Shown one piece after another: positions 1 through 11,699 of a stretch of 64,000 nucleotides of DNA. How positions within the stretch are numbered: the first letter of the stretch is position 1; every line of letters begins with the position of its first letter. The DNA is from Octopus sinensis (Eukaryota), in assembly GCF_006345805.1 (NCBI RefSeq), contig NC_042999.1:88908001-88972000 (forward strand), in the 5' to 3' direction. The notes below the pieces were generated by a model that did not search any database, was not told the DNA's origin, and saw nothing but the letters and a program-made list of their open reading frames with translations. The translations under genes were made by a program, and so were the position numbers.

Positions 1-262
1 GCTAAGTTACGGCGATGTAAACACACCAGCATCGGTTGTCAAGTGATGTTGGGGGGACAAACACTGGCACACAAACATACACACACATATATATAAGTAT
101 ATATATATATGCGATGGGCATCTTTCAGTCTCTGTCTACCAAATCCACTCACAGGGATTTGGTTGACCCGAGGCACTTGTCCAAGGTGCCACACAAGTGG
201 GACTGAACCCGGAACCATGTGGATGGTAAACAAGCTACTTACCACACATCCACTCCTACGCC
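1..262 (-). mobile_element. tRNA-derived SINE, bipartite family A with internal microsatellite; truncated by window edge
   Basis: Reverse complement matches 564-943: tRNA-like head, GGCAAGTG...GTGAGTGGATTTGGTAGA body, (TA/TG)n spacer, second half. Confidence 0.85.
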
Positions 263-281
263 TATACATATACATATACAC

Positions 282-335
<54 letters not shown>

Positions 336-444
336 TGTTTTTATGTGACATTATATATCAAAACAATTTAACATTAGAATGAAAGATAATTTAATACATT
401 CTACCAGAGCACATAATTAATTTTCACCAGGAAAAGGTTGACAA

Positions 445-516
445 TGACTTTGAAGTTTTGGCTTGTTTAGTGTCATCAGACTGACTCATGACAAGCAAGC
501 CAAAACTTCGAAGTCA
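445..516. repeat. short fold-back (24-bp arms), related to 19705-19801
   Basis: tgactttgaagttttggcttgttt (445-468) vs reverse complement of 493-516, 2 mismatches; inner tgtcat/atgaca also pair. Confidence 0.75.
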
Positions 517-563
517 CTATAAGACTTCTCTTGCAGAAGCCAATATATATATAAATATATATA

Positions 564-942
564 GGTGCAGGAGTGGCTGTGTGGTAAGTAGCTTGCTTAC
601 CAACTGCATGGTTCTGGGTTCAGTTCCACTGCGTGGCATCTTGGGCAAGTGTCTTCTACTATAGCCTTGGGCCGACCAAAGCCTTGTGAGTGGATTTGGT
701 AGATGGAAACTGAGAGAAGCCCGTCGCATATATGTATATGTATATATATGTGTGTGTGTCTATGTTTGTCCCCCCAACATTGCTTGACAACAGATGCTGG
801 TGTGTTTACGTTCCCGTAAAAGAGACCAATAGAATAAGTACTAGGCTTACAAAGAATAAGTCCTGGAGTTGATTTGCTCGACTAAAGGCGGTGTTCCAGC
901 ATGGCCGCAGTCAAATGACTGAAACAAGTAAAAAGGTAAAAG

Positions 943-943
<1 letters not shown>
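564..943 (+). mobile_element. full-length SINE family A
   Basis: A-box-like tggctgtgtggtaag, B-box-like gggttcagttcc, internal (TA)(TG) tract, 3' half ending gactgaaacaagtaaaa; sits in TA repeats. Confidence 0.9.
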
Positions 944-996
<53 letters not shown>

Positions 997-1061
997 GATA
1001 TACATATATATATATACATGCATATATATATACACATGCACACACACACACACACACATAC

Positions 1062-1105
<44 letters not shown>

Positions 1106-1725
1106 GCATACACACATTCACACGCATGTATACATGTATACACACACATACATAAAACTGTTTTGTTTTGCTTTTTTTCCAATGCAATCACATTCCATAT
1201 TTAACAGAAGATAATATTGGTCCTGGCCTGCCAACCAGCTATATTAATGTCTCCAGCAAGTCACTCACTGGAGAAACTGAACAAGATACTTGAAACATAT
1301 GTAATTGATTTTCCTAGATGTACATTAGAAATTTTCTGCAGATAAAAGATATAAAAAAAAATATGAAACCTTTTGAGTTTGAAAATGCTAAGGTAAAAGA
1401 AAATAAGTTTTGCAAAAGATTTAAAATAGAAAACCAAAATTATGAAATAGTGGAAACAAAAACAAGAAGAAAAAAAAGCAAAACAAATGAAGAACTAAAA
1501 ATATATTTGAGAGATTTATTTTTTAATCCTTATCAGAATTCTATAGCTTATATTTTTAAATCATTGCAAGACATGAAAAGAAGATGAAATAAGATGAGGA
1601 AAATGTACTGTTTCCCTCTCTCCATCTCTCTCCATGTGTGTGTATGCATGTGTGTGTTAAATATATATATATGTAAAATATATATAAATATATATATGTA
1701 TATAAAATATACACATATACACACT

Positions 1726-1777
<52 letters not shown>

Positions 1778-2173
1778 CATGTTCATATTTGCATTTATGC
1801 ATGTGTGTGTGTTTATGCATATGCATGTATGTGTGTGCAAATGCATGTGGTAACTAGAAGCGCACAAACCTCATAAGGGACATTTTAATTCAGGTAATCA
1901 AATGTACAGATATGCATACATGCACATACATGTGTGTGTGTGTATGTGTGTTTGTATATGTATATGTATGTACGTATGTATATGTGCATGTATGCATATA
2001 TGTATGTATTAATGCATGCATGTATGTATGCATATGTGCATATGTATATTACATAAATATATATCTATATATACATATACAAACATATGTATTACATGAA
2101 TATATATATATATATATCATATATAAATATATCATATATATATATACATATATATATATATACATATATATAT

Positions 2174-2465
2174 GGACCTCGGTCCGTTGCCAGCCTCGCC
2201 TGGCCCTCGTGCCGGTGGCACATAAAAAGCACCATCCGTTCGTGGCCGTTTGCCAGCTCTGTCTGGCACCAGTGCGGGTGGCACGTAAAAAGCACCCACT
2301 ACACTCACGGAGTGGTTGGCGTTAGGAAGGGCATCCAGCCGTAGAAACACTGCCAGATTTGACTGGGCCTGATGAAGCCTTCTGGCTTCACAGACCCCAG
2401 TAGAACCGTCCAACCCATGCTAGCATGGAAAACGGACGCTAAATGATGATGATGATGATGATGAT
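2174..2465 (+). mobile_element. 5'-truncated 3' UTR of the RTE family at 14141-16020
   Basis: Two ggtggcac(a/g)taaaaagcacc modules, gttaggaagggcatccagc, (ATG)n tail; TA repeats on both sides. Confidence 0.85.
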
Positions 2466-2469
2466 ATAC

Positions 2470-2571
<102 letters not shown>

Positions 2572-2954
2572 TCATATATCATATGTATTTTATATATTTA
2601 GTAATATATGTATATACATTGGACATATATATTTATTTATTCATATGCATGTTTGTGTATTTATATGTATACATTAACACACACACACACACATACTGTG
2701 ATATCTTTGACTTGGAGGGATAGTAGAAAGTGAGTGAGAGGAATAAGAGTGGTGGTATTGTATCCCAATGAAGTTAGGAAAGCAAAATTTATCCTCAAGA
2801 GACATATGAAAGGATTATTTACTTTCAAAGCATGTGCTGTGTGTACAGAACAGGAGACATACTGTATACAATATAACTATAACGATAATAAGTAGAAGAA
2901 GCGGGTTATTGTTCTTATTGTTGTTAATCATTATTAAGGTAATTATCATTAAAT

Positions 2955-3490
2955 TTGTGTTAAGGTGGCAAGCTGGCAAAATCGTTAAAGTGCTGGAAAA
3001 AGTGTTCAATGATGTTTCTTTTGATTTTATGTTCTAGATTCAAATGCTGCTGGAGTCGACTTTGCCTTTCATCCTATTCTCTATTCATCCTTTTCAAGCC
3101 TAACCAGGCTCATGGGCCCGGTTTCTGTGGCATATATGTTTCCCCCAGCTGGATGGGACACCAGTCCATTGCAGCATTACTCAAGAAACACGAAGAGAAA
3201 GTGAGAGAAAGTTGTGGTGAAAGAGTACAACAGGGGTCGCCACTATCCCCTGCTGGAGCCTCTTGGAGCTTTTAGGTGTTTTCCCTCAATTAACACACAC
3301 AACGCCCGGTCTGGGAATCGAAACCGCAATCCTCCGACTTTGAGTCCACTGCCCTAACCACTGGGCTATTGCGCTTCCACTTTCATCTTATTGGGGGTGG
3401 TAAAATAAGTATCAGTTGAACACTGGAGTTGAAGTAGTTGACTTAATGCTTCTCTTGACCTTGCTGACCATGTGTCAAAATTTAAAACCA
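2955..3490 (+). mobile_element. SINE family B (Meta-core-like), interrupted by another SINE
   Basis: gagtcgactttgcctttcatcc stops at ~3075 and resumes at 3381 with ggtaaaataagtatcagttgaacactgg. Confidence 0.7.
3079..3380 (-). mobile_element. tRNA-headed SINE family D (V-domain-like), nested insertion
   Basis: Minus-strand head gtggaagcgcaatagcccagtggttagggcag...gtttcgattccc; flanked by tttcatcctatt (3067-3078) and tttcatcttatt (3381-3392). Confidence 0.8.
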
Positions 3491-3504
3491 ATATTTTATG
3501 ACGA

Positions 3505-3660
3505 CGAGCCAGTAGAATTGTTAGCATGCTGAGCAAAATGTTTACCAGCATTTTGGTGGTCTTTACATTCAGAGTTCAAATTCTGCCAAGGATGAGGGTG
3601 ATAAAATAAGTACCCATTGCACTCTACCCCAATACTGCTGGCCTTATGCCAAATTTTAAA
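3505..3660 (+). mobile_element. degenerate, internally deleted SINE family B
   Basis: gagttcaaattctgccaagg...gataaaataagtacc...ggccttatgccaaatttt. Confidence 0.6.
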
Positions 3661-3719
3661 TTGTTATTATAAGATTGTGGATTAGCAAGAATAATAAGAG
3701 CATCAGAATAAATGCCCTG

Positions 3720-3970
3720 TAAGGGGGTGAGCATCGGTAGTGATGTTGGAGGGACAAACACAGACACACAAACATATACCCACACACATACATTATATAT
3801 ATATATACATATATACGACAGGCTTCTTTTAGTTTCCATCAACCAAATTCACTCAATGGCTTTGGTCAGCCTGAGGCTATAGTAGAAGACACTTGCCCAA
3901 GGTGCCACACAGTGGGGACTGAACCTGGAACCATGTGGTTCATAAGGAACCTACTTACCACACAGCCACT
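3720..3970 (-). mobile_element. SINE family A, mainly 5' half
   Basis: Reverse complement of head and body (gacacttgcccaaggtgccacacagtggggactgaacc). Confidence 0.8.
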
Positions 3971-3988
3971 CTATATGTGTGTGTATGA

Positions 3989-4025
<37 letters not shown>

Positions 4026-4029
4026 TGTC

Positions 4030-4235
4030 TTTGTGTCTGTGTTTGTCCCTCTTGACAACTAGTGTTGGTGTGTTTATACTCCCATAACTTAGTGGCTAGG
4101 CAAAAGAAACTGATTGAATAAGTATCAGGCTTTTAAACAAAACAAGCCCTAGAGTTGATTCATTCAACTAAAAATTATTCAACTTGGTGCTCCAGCATGG
4201 CTGCAGTCTAATGACTGAAACAAATAAAAGAAAAA
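4030..4235 (+). mobile_element. SINE family A, 3' half
   Basis: cttgacaac...ggtgtgttta...ccagcatggctgcagtctaatgactgaaacaaat. Confidence 0.75.
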
Positions 4236-4637
4236 ATAAAGATGATAGATTGGCAAAATTGTGAGAACACTGGAACAATTATCTTTTGGTGTTTGCCAGG
4301 TTCTTTGCAATGGCCTCTTGAAAATATTACAAATAAAAGACATATAAAAATGAAGCCATTTATATTAATGGTACCTAGTCCCAGATCAACTGTGATCGAA
4401 CTGATTTACTTTTATACTTTTATTTATTTGTTAGTTTCAGTTATTAAATAGTGGCCATGCTGGTGCACAACCTTCAGGCAGTTTTAGTTGATCATATTGA
4501 TTTGGCGTTACTTCAATTGTCTATATTTTATGGAGTGTTTAAGATATCATTTTGGTACAATAGCAGTTCTTTCTCCAGCCAGTAGCATTGCCTCAAACAC
4601 AAACAAAAACATTAACAAAGACATGGAAACAGACAAA

Positions 4638-4672
<35 letters not shown>

Positions 4673-5499
4673 CACATACACACACACATACACATGTGCA
4701 CACATAAATCCTCTTACATATACACAAAGCATGGAAGGCTTCTGCATAATTTCCCCTCATCAAATACAATATACTTGAAATTTGATGGCTACAATTTTAT
4801 GATTAAAAAAAAACCCCACTTAAGTTGCTGTTTCTAGTATAGAAAATCAAAAATCACGTAGAGGTTTCCTCTTACGCTATCCTCCCTCAGTGATAGCCAC
4901 AACACTACAGTTCCCTAACATAATATCAATCATGCTGCTCACTTCTCACCATTTTTAGCTGAAATAGGTGAGACGTACTCTAAGAGAGGCAGGCACATAC
5001 ACATACATTTCGTAAGCAGGAGAGGGAATATGGAAGTAGACGGAGGGAGCAAAAACAAAAAATTCCTAGATCCTAATCTCTGGAGAACAAGACTTATTTC
5101 TGAAACCCTACACGTATATTAGATGATTTGCCATTGACAACATCAATAAAACTTTAAACTGTTTCTTACAAAGATATTGATTGATTCTCTTTTACGGCAG
5201 TCCAGTCACAGTAACCGACACCACTGATATATCAAGCGGACTGTAAAATAAATAGGCAATAGCACTTTTTCCTGCTGGTACCATCTCACCTTTACAATTT
5301 GCCACTGTTATTTTGTTGTTGCATTATTCATTATTTCTTTCAGCTGTTAACTATAAATATTCTGAAGAATACAGGGGAAAAGAAAAAAAAACAACATCTT
5401 CACTCTATCGCCATGGACACTGCCAATATCAAAATCAGAAAATAAAAAAAAAAATTTTTTTTTTACAAGAATTGTATAGCCCTTTTAATAGAGAGTTGG

Positions 5500-6027
5500 T
5501 GGTGGTCACGATGGGAGAGAGTGATGGTAGTGGCAGTAGTTTTAACAGTAGTAGAGGTGAGAGGCTGACACAAGTGGTGGTGGTGGTGTCAGCTGTGATT
5601 GCAGCAGTGGTAGTAGTAGAAGTAATAGTAGAAGTAGGAATAGTAGTAGTAGTGGTAGTGGTAGTGCATGGGTGTCATAATGAGAGCAGTTATGTTTATG
5701 ATGCTGATTATGGGGAGTGGTAGTAGAGGAGGCAGTGGTGGTAGTTGGGAGTGGGTCTGAAAATAACTGTTATGAAATAAATTTGCTGGTTATAGCACAA
5801 ATGCTTTAAATCTATAACATAAAGGCATTCAAAGAGGCACTGGTGGTGGTGGTGGTGGTGGTTTTCATCGTTGTCATCATCCTTGTCATGGCTGTGGTGG
5901 TCGTGATGGTGATAGTGAAAGTAGTGGAGATGATGTGATGATTGTCATAGTGTAGGCTGTAGCGCAGGAGATGAAGATCACGGTGATGTTGTTGGTGATG
6001 TTGGTTGTCATAATATTGTGTATAATA

Positions 6028-6061
<34 letters not shown>

Positions 6062-6530
6062 GGATGATTCTGGTATTGGTGCTGGTTCTGGTGATGATAA
6101 TCATCATCACCACCACTATCATCATCATCATTACCATTATCACCACCACCACTACCACTACTATCATCACTACCATCACTATTACCAATACCACCATTGC
6201 CATAATTCCTCATCATTATCGACATCATCATCATCATCATCGACATCACCACCACCACCACCACCATCATCACCATCATCATCATTGTCATCGTCATCGT
6301 AGTCATTGTTGTTGTTGTCATCGTCAACATGTTCAAGGCTTTCGCCTGCAATTGTATTGCCATAGTAAAGTTCGTTACTACACTTACCAACAACAACAAT
6401 AACAATATTCTTTCAACTAACACTCGTCATTCCCAACTTGGCCACCACCACTACCACCATCACCACAACCACTACCATCAACAACAGCAACAACAACAAC
6501 AGCAACAACTTCACAACAGCAGCTCCATCA
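5500..6530. repeat. compound trinucleotide low-complexity block (GTG/TAG/GAT then CAT/CAC/AAC)
   Basis: Direct reading; explains the poly-V, poly-H and poly-T ORFs at 5313-6631. Confidence 0.9.
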
Positions 6531-6924
6531 AAATCATCAATACCAGCTGTACCATCAAATACAAGTACTATGAGATTTCAGATGTTTACAAAAAAAGCTC
6601 AGCTTGTATTCTTGATCATTTCCTAATCTGAAGTACTTTTGTAACATATGAGGAAGTGGAATGGCATATACAGTACAAGTGGTTCTTTTAATATTTGATT
6701 GAATTATAGGTTCATCATCCACCTGTACTTTGTGTTCACATCCTGCTACAATCAACTTTTTTTTTTCCTCTCTGGGATCAATAATTAAGCACCAGGTATT
6801 CAATTCACTTGGAGATTTCAAGAGATTTTTGTGGGTTTTGTTTTGAATATGTGAAGAAAATAAAATCATTATTTATATGCAAAGCAAAAGAGTGTAAAAA
6901 ATATTCACTGCATGCAAACAATGG

Positions 6925-6977
<53 letters not shown>

Positions 6978-7061
6978 CACTACATATGTAGAAAATCGGT
7001 GTGTGTTTGTTTGTGGTGTTGTTAGCTATCTCCTATATCGTTTTATTGATTGTGATGAAAC

Positions 7062-7500
7062 TTGACATGTGAGTAGAACTCATGTCTGGAAACCTCGTGA
7101 CATACTTAGATTGTTGGAAAAATCGATAATACGGCCCCTGGTAGGGACCTTTATATCTAGCTTATATAACTAAATTTTTTAAACATACAAGGGAAATAAC
7201 CCATAGTACCTGCACAATATTTGTTTTAAACACTCAAGAGAAATAACCCAAGCCATTGTTTATGTTTCATTACTTTGAAAATTGATTTTTTCGTGTGTGT
7301 CCTATTTTAAATTTTTGCAGACAATATCACTTTTATACTTTATTTGACATGTGAGTAGAACTCATGTCTGGAAACCTCGTGACATACTTAAATTGTTGAA
7401 AGAAATCGATAATTGGGCCCCTCTAAGGGATCCTTCTATCAACTACATATTACTAATATTTTATTTAAACAACCCAAGGGAAATAACCCATACCACCTGA
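7062..7500. repeat. direct repeat pair, period ~282 bp; probable Penelope terminal repeats
   Basis: ttgacatgtgagtagaactcatgtctggaaacctcgtgacatactta is identical at 7062 and 7344, followed by ~100 bp of diverged similarity; lies just 3' of the GIY-YIG remnant. Confidence 0.7.
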
Positions 7501-7641
7501 AGTTTTTAGTGAAGCGATCAATATTCATTCTCACAATCAGCCAACCTAATTCTGCATTTCACTACTCACAGTTTAGTGAGGGGATTTATGTACAGTGATG
7601 TAATCGTGAATTGAAATGTGTAAAAAAATAATAAAAGTTGG

Positions 7642-8127
7642 TTATGTGTGCATATTAAGACGTGTTCTGTATTTTTCAATGTAAAAAGTTTCTTTATTTA
7701 AATGTTGCAGTTGAGAGATTGTGTCTTTGCACTGGTAGAAGGGGAAGACTGTGAAATTCGGTTTGATATTACTTACACATTTTTCTATATGTTCACTGAA
7801 AGGAATTTGTCTGTATTGTGGGAAATGGATTTACTCTTTATGAAGAGTGGTTCTCTTTCTCAAGGTCATACTCGTTTGTCCAATATAGTGGTATCCGCAA
7901 CCAGAGCAGGTTATTACATAAATTAGGTTCTCAGAGGCACAAGTGAAACTAGTTTTAATTGTGAACCTCTGTCTTGTTTGAAAAGGATAACCAAGCCTTC
8001 AAGCAGGTTGGGGCAGGTTCCACAGTTTGGGCGTCCACATTTTTCAACCATTAGTTTCGTGGTTGTTTTGTAAGGCATCGCAATTGTAAGTAGTCTCTTT
8101 AGCGATTTGTCTTGTTTTTTTGCATTT
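7642..8127 (-). pseudogene. Penelope-like element GIY-YIG endonuclease remnant (one frameshift, one stop)
   Basis: My translation: KQDKSLKRLL..KCGRPNCGTCP /fs/ RFTIKTSFTCASENLIYVITCSGCGYHYIGQTSMTLRKRTTLHKE*..FSEHIEKC..FTVFPF..ETFYIEKYRTRLN. Confidence 0.85.
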
Positions 8128-8242
8128 TGCATCAAATGCAAAAAACAAGACAAATCGCTAAAGAGACTACTTACAAATTCGAAGCTTTACAAAACAACCA
8201 TGAAACCAACGATTGAAAAATGTGGACACCCAAACTGTGGAA
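8018..8242. repeat. inverted duplication with ~110-bp arms and ~6-nt loop
   Basis: 8018-8127 vs 8134-8242; minus ORF 7923-8153 and plus ORF 8107-8403 share MSCF..KKQDKSLKRLLT..EKCG.PNCG. Confidence 0.9.
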
Positions 8243-9057
8243 ATAATGCACAATGCAACATAAATCAGAAGAGCATAAATATATTTAAATATTATAAGTC
8301 ACATTGTGGGATAAATAAGAATGTAAACACTTTTGCTGTACTACTAAAATGTGCAAAAAAGAAGAGATTGAGTTTCCTGAAAGACCAGTTTATGGTTTGT
8401 TGACCACTCCTCAGAGAAAGCATATCTAATTTCTTTCTCCAGTCAATAGCATAGATCACAGATATAAATTAGTCATGGATTTGACTAGTATCTGGGTGGC
8501 TAGCTTAATTTGTTTGTTTGCATTTTTGACTACTTATCATTAATTAAATAATATCTATTAATGCAAAACACAGTGTAAATCAGGACAAAAACATTTAAAT
8601 ATTGCAAAAACTTACTGTGAGCAAAAAGGAATATGAATGCTAATATAAACACTTTTTACACTTTTTCAGAGATTTATTATTACTTATTAATGCTAATATA
8701 ACATTTCTACATTACTAATGTGCAGAAAAAAGAGGGAGGGAGTTTCTTGAGAGGCTGTTTAATGTATGTATTTGTATATATGTGTTTGTGAGTGTGTTTT
8801 TTTATGTGTATGCATATATACCATATTTTCCAGCATCCACATTGGTGTAGTATAAAGTGGAAACATGCACTGTAACATTGTAACATCATCACTATCTTTC
8901 CAAATCCTGCTATATTTCCCATAGAACTTTTGGTCTTCCAGAGTTGGTTGTCATGGTATATAAGTCAACATACCTTTCTCTGATGTAAATTTTAGCCTGA
9001 AAATTTCAACTTGTAAGCCAAAAGATACTGCATATATACATGCATATACATACATAT

Positions 9058-9088
<31 letters not shown>

Positions 9089-9232
9089 TATATATATATA
9101 AATGCATACACACACATACACTGGAGAGATGACAAGAGACTGATACTTCTGGCAATTTGCTGTACTTGAGAAAACACATCAAGCTGAGTAAAATTATGTA
9201 CATCCATACATACGCAATCTATCCTCTGTTAA

Positions 9233-9279
<47 letters not shown>

Positions 9280-10194
9280 GCACATATGTATGTAGGTATA
9301 CATGCACACACATATGTTTGTATGTATAAAGAAATATAAACACTTGTACATCATGCACACATACATATGACATACAATACTATTGAAATATATATTGTAT
9401 AAGCGCTAATTTGAATTTATCACAAGAAAATATTATTCTTTCATTATTTCTACATCTGTTGAAGACATTTAAAGAGTGTTATTGTTTGGCCAGTGTTACT
9501 ACTTAGTGGTGAAGCCTGGTTTACTTATGAGCCTGATAACATGAGAAAGTAATACTAAGATATACCAATTTGTTTTCACAAACCGGGCATTGGTACTGTA
9601 AGGAAGACTAAGGTCTCTTTAATATACAATGCTTGCTGACCTGACAATGAGGGAGACTATGTCTTGTCAGTCAAGCTGCTAGAAAAAGCAGCTAAATATT
9701 ACTTAAATCACACCACTCTCTTGTTTTAAAGGGAAAAATACAGAATGGATAATGTGATTAATCTGAATCTAGATGCACTATATCTAAATAAAAGATGAAG
9801 TGGTCATGGATGGGTTGCTTTTGAAAATGCTAGCTCAGTTAAAATTGATCTGGGGATACACAGCAACAAGATCAAAAGCAACAATGTTTGCTAGCTGATT
9901 GATGTACTCTCATTGGCTCTGCTGAGCAGAAAATGATCATAAGATCAACAGACTTCACCATATGGTTAATAATTTTACTTGCAACTCGATAGCCTCAGGT
10001 TCAATCTTCCTGCATGGCTCTTTCAGCTCACATATCACAACCTTCAGTTGACCAAAGCTTTGTTGAGAGAAATTTAGAAAGTGGCAACTATGCAGAAGTC
10101 TGTGAGATGGACTGTACTGGTTACATACTGGGGTCGATCTAATCAACTGGTCCCCTCCCCCAAAATTTTAGGCCTTGTGCCCAGAGTAGAAAAG

Positions 10195-10862
10195 AAGATC
10201 TATTGCAAGTACTTTCCATCAACACTTCATTGTCAACAATATTATTAAGACATAAACTAAAGTTAATATATACAATGGTGAGCATTAGTCTGTTGAGGAG
10301 TGCTCTTGGCAAGGATTTTGCCCACAATGGATTTCAAGGTAATCCCCCTGCAGTTGGAGCAGTCAGACTTCCTTCCTCTGTTCTTATATAAAGTGATGAT
10401 GACAGCATTGCAGAAATCCTGTGGTAACCTGCTATGCTCCCAATAGCAGATGGAAAGGTTGTGGAGTTCAGAGTGTAGTGCTGCACCACCTGCTCTCCCT
10501 GTCACGGGTGAGATTCCATTCACTCCCGCTGCCTTTCAACTTTGCAGTTCGTCTATGGCTTTGATCATCACTTTAAGGGAGGGGATTTCATCCAGCTCTG
10601 ACAAGGCTGCTGTGGGATACATAGCACTACCAAGTCTTTCACTTAATTGTCCCTGAAAAGAGTTTGAAAGTATTCTGACCACCAGTTCAAGATAGAGGCT
10701 TTGTCTGTGCAAAGCATCTTTCTGTCTGCACTGTGTAATGGACTCTGGACCTGGTGAAAGGGATCGTACACAATTTTAGAACCTCTTGTAGTCACTTGCA
10801 TCTGCACCAAACAGTTCTTTTGGCAAGATTTATCCATCACTAATTTTGGAAGGAGACTGGGG
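10195..10862 (-). pseudogene. RTE (Bov-B-like) LINE ORF fragment, EN-RT linker to RT start
   Basis: QSPLHSAD..LCTDKASILNWWSEYFQTLF; GGAALHSELH..LPQDFCNAVIITLYKNRGRKSDCSNCRGITL..GKILAK. Confidence 0.85.
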
Positions 10863-10864
10863 AT

Positions 10865-11365
10865 TGTCAAATGGTTAATAAGAGCTGTACAGGAATGCAG
10901 TTAGTAAGGTAAAGGTCAGCAATGAGTATAGTGAAAAATTCCAGGTAGAAGTAGGTGTTCACCAAGGATCATTCCTCAGCCCCCTCTTATTTATCATAGT
11001 CCTCCAGGCAATAACAGGGGAATTCAAGACAGGTTGCCCCTGGGAGCTCCTCTATACCAATGACCTTACTCTCATATCAGAATCACTACCAGAACAAGAG
11101 AAGAAATTTCCAGTGTGGAAGCAAGGTTTAGAATCGAACGACCTTAGAATCAATGCTGTAAAAACCAAAGTCCTAGTAAGGAGGAAGGCGAACACATCAC
11201 AAACCCCTTCAGGTAGATGGCCCTGCTCAATCTGTAGAAAAGGTGTAGGTAGAAACGCCATAAGATGTACCCAGTGTAAGCAATGGATACATAAGAAGTG
11301 GAGCAACATCAAAGGAAGGTTAACTGGGAAGATAGCTTTTGTGTGCAGCAGATGCACAGGGGCAT
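10865..11365 (+). pseudogene. PHD-type RTE LINE RT fragment, second copy
   Basis: Parallels 15076-16005: [55 protein letters not shown]. Confidence 0.88.
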
Positions 11366-11404
11366 CTATGATATTGAAGTAAGTAAAGTTATATTCTTTA
11401 GTCA

Positions 11405-11635
11405 TGTCAGCTCATAAGGGCTGATTTCTCAGTTTTCATAGAGCATAACCTCCCCACCTGGACAGGAAACTGGTCTGTCACAGGATTACTCATTTTTGCC
11501 AGCTGACAGGACTGGAACAATGTGAAACAAAGTGTTTTGCTCAAGAACACAACATGTCACCTGGTCCAAGAATTGAAACCACAATCTTACAATCATGAGT
11601 CCAACACACTAATCACTAAGCCACACACCTCCACT
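11405..11635 (-). mobile_element. tRNA-headed SINE, family D-like
   Basis: Reverse complement resembles 55028-55260 (gtggaggtgtgtggcttagtgattag...tgtgttcttgagcaaaacac). Confidence 0.7.
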
Positions 11636-11699
11636 ATGACACTGAGGTCACCAAGGATAATGTTCTTGTCATCTGCTGGAGTGCATTGAAAGAGGCTGC

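Noticed and set aside
1208-1300. Plus-strand exon candidate (KIILVLACQ.. or EDNIGPGLP..*)
   Set aside because: Weak acceptor, ambiguous frame and no recognisable homology.
882-2325. Numerous [12 protein letters not shown] ORFs (here and throughout the window)
   Set aside because: Translations of (TA)n, (TG)n and (CA)n microsatellites; no coding signal.
5291-5362. Minus-strand 72-nt unit with strong acceptor and GTGAG donor
   Set aside because: Closed in all three frames and unsupported by neighbouring exons; at most non-coding.
5971-6402. Poly-His/Thr/Val ORFs as a metal-binding protein
   Set aside because: All frames on both strands are open because of triplet repeats; no splice or compositional support.
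8018-8242. Conserved miRNA hairpin
   Set aside because: The arms are Penelope coding sequence and too long for a canonical pre-miRNA; kept only as a TE fold-back.
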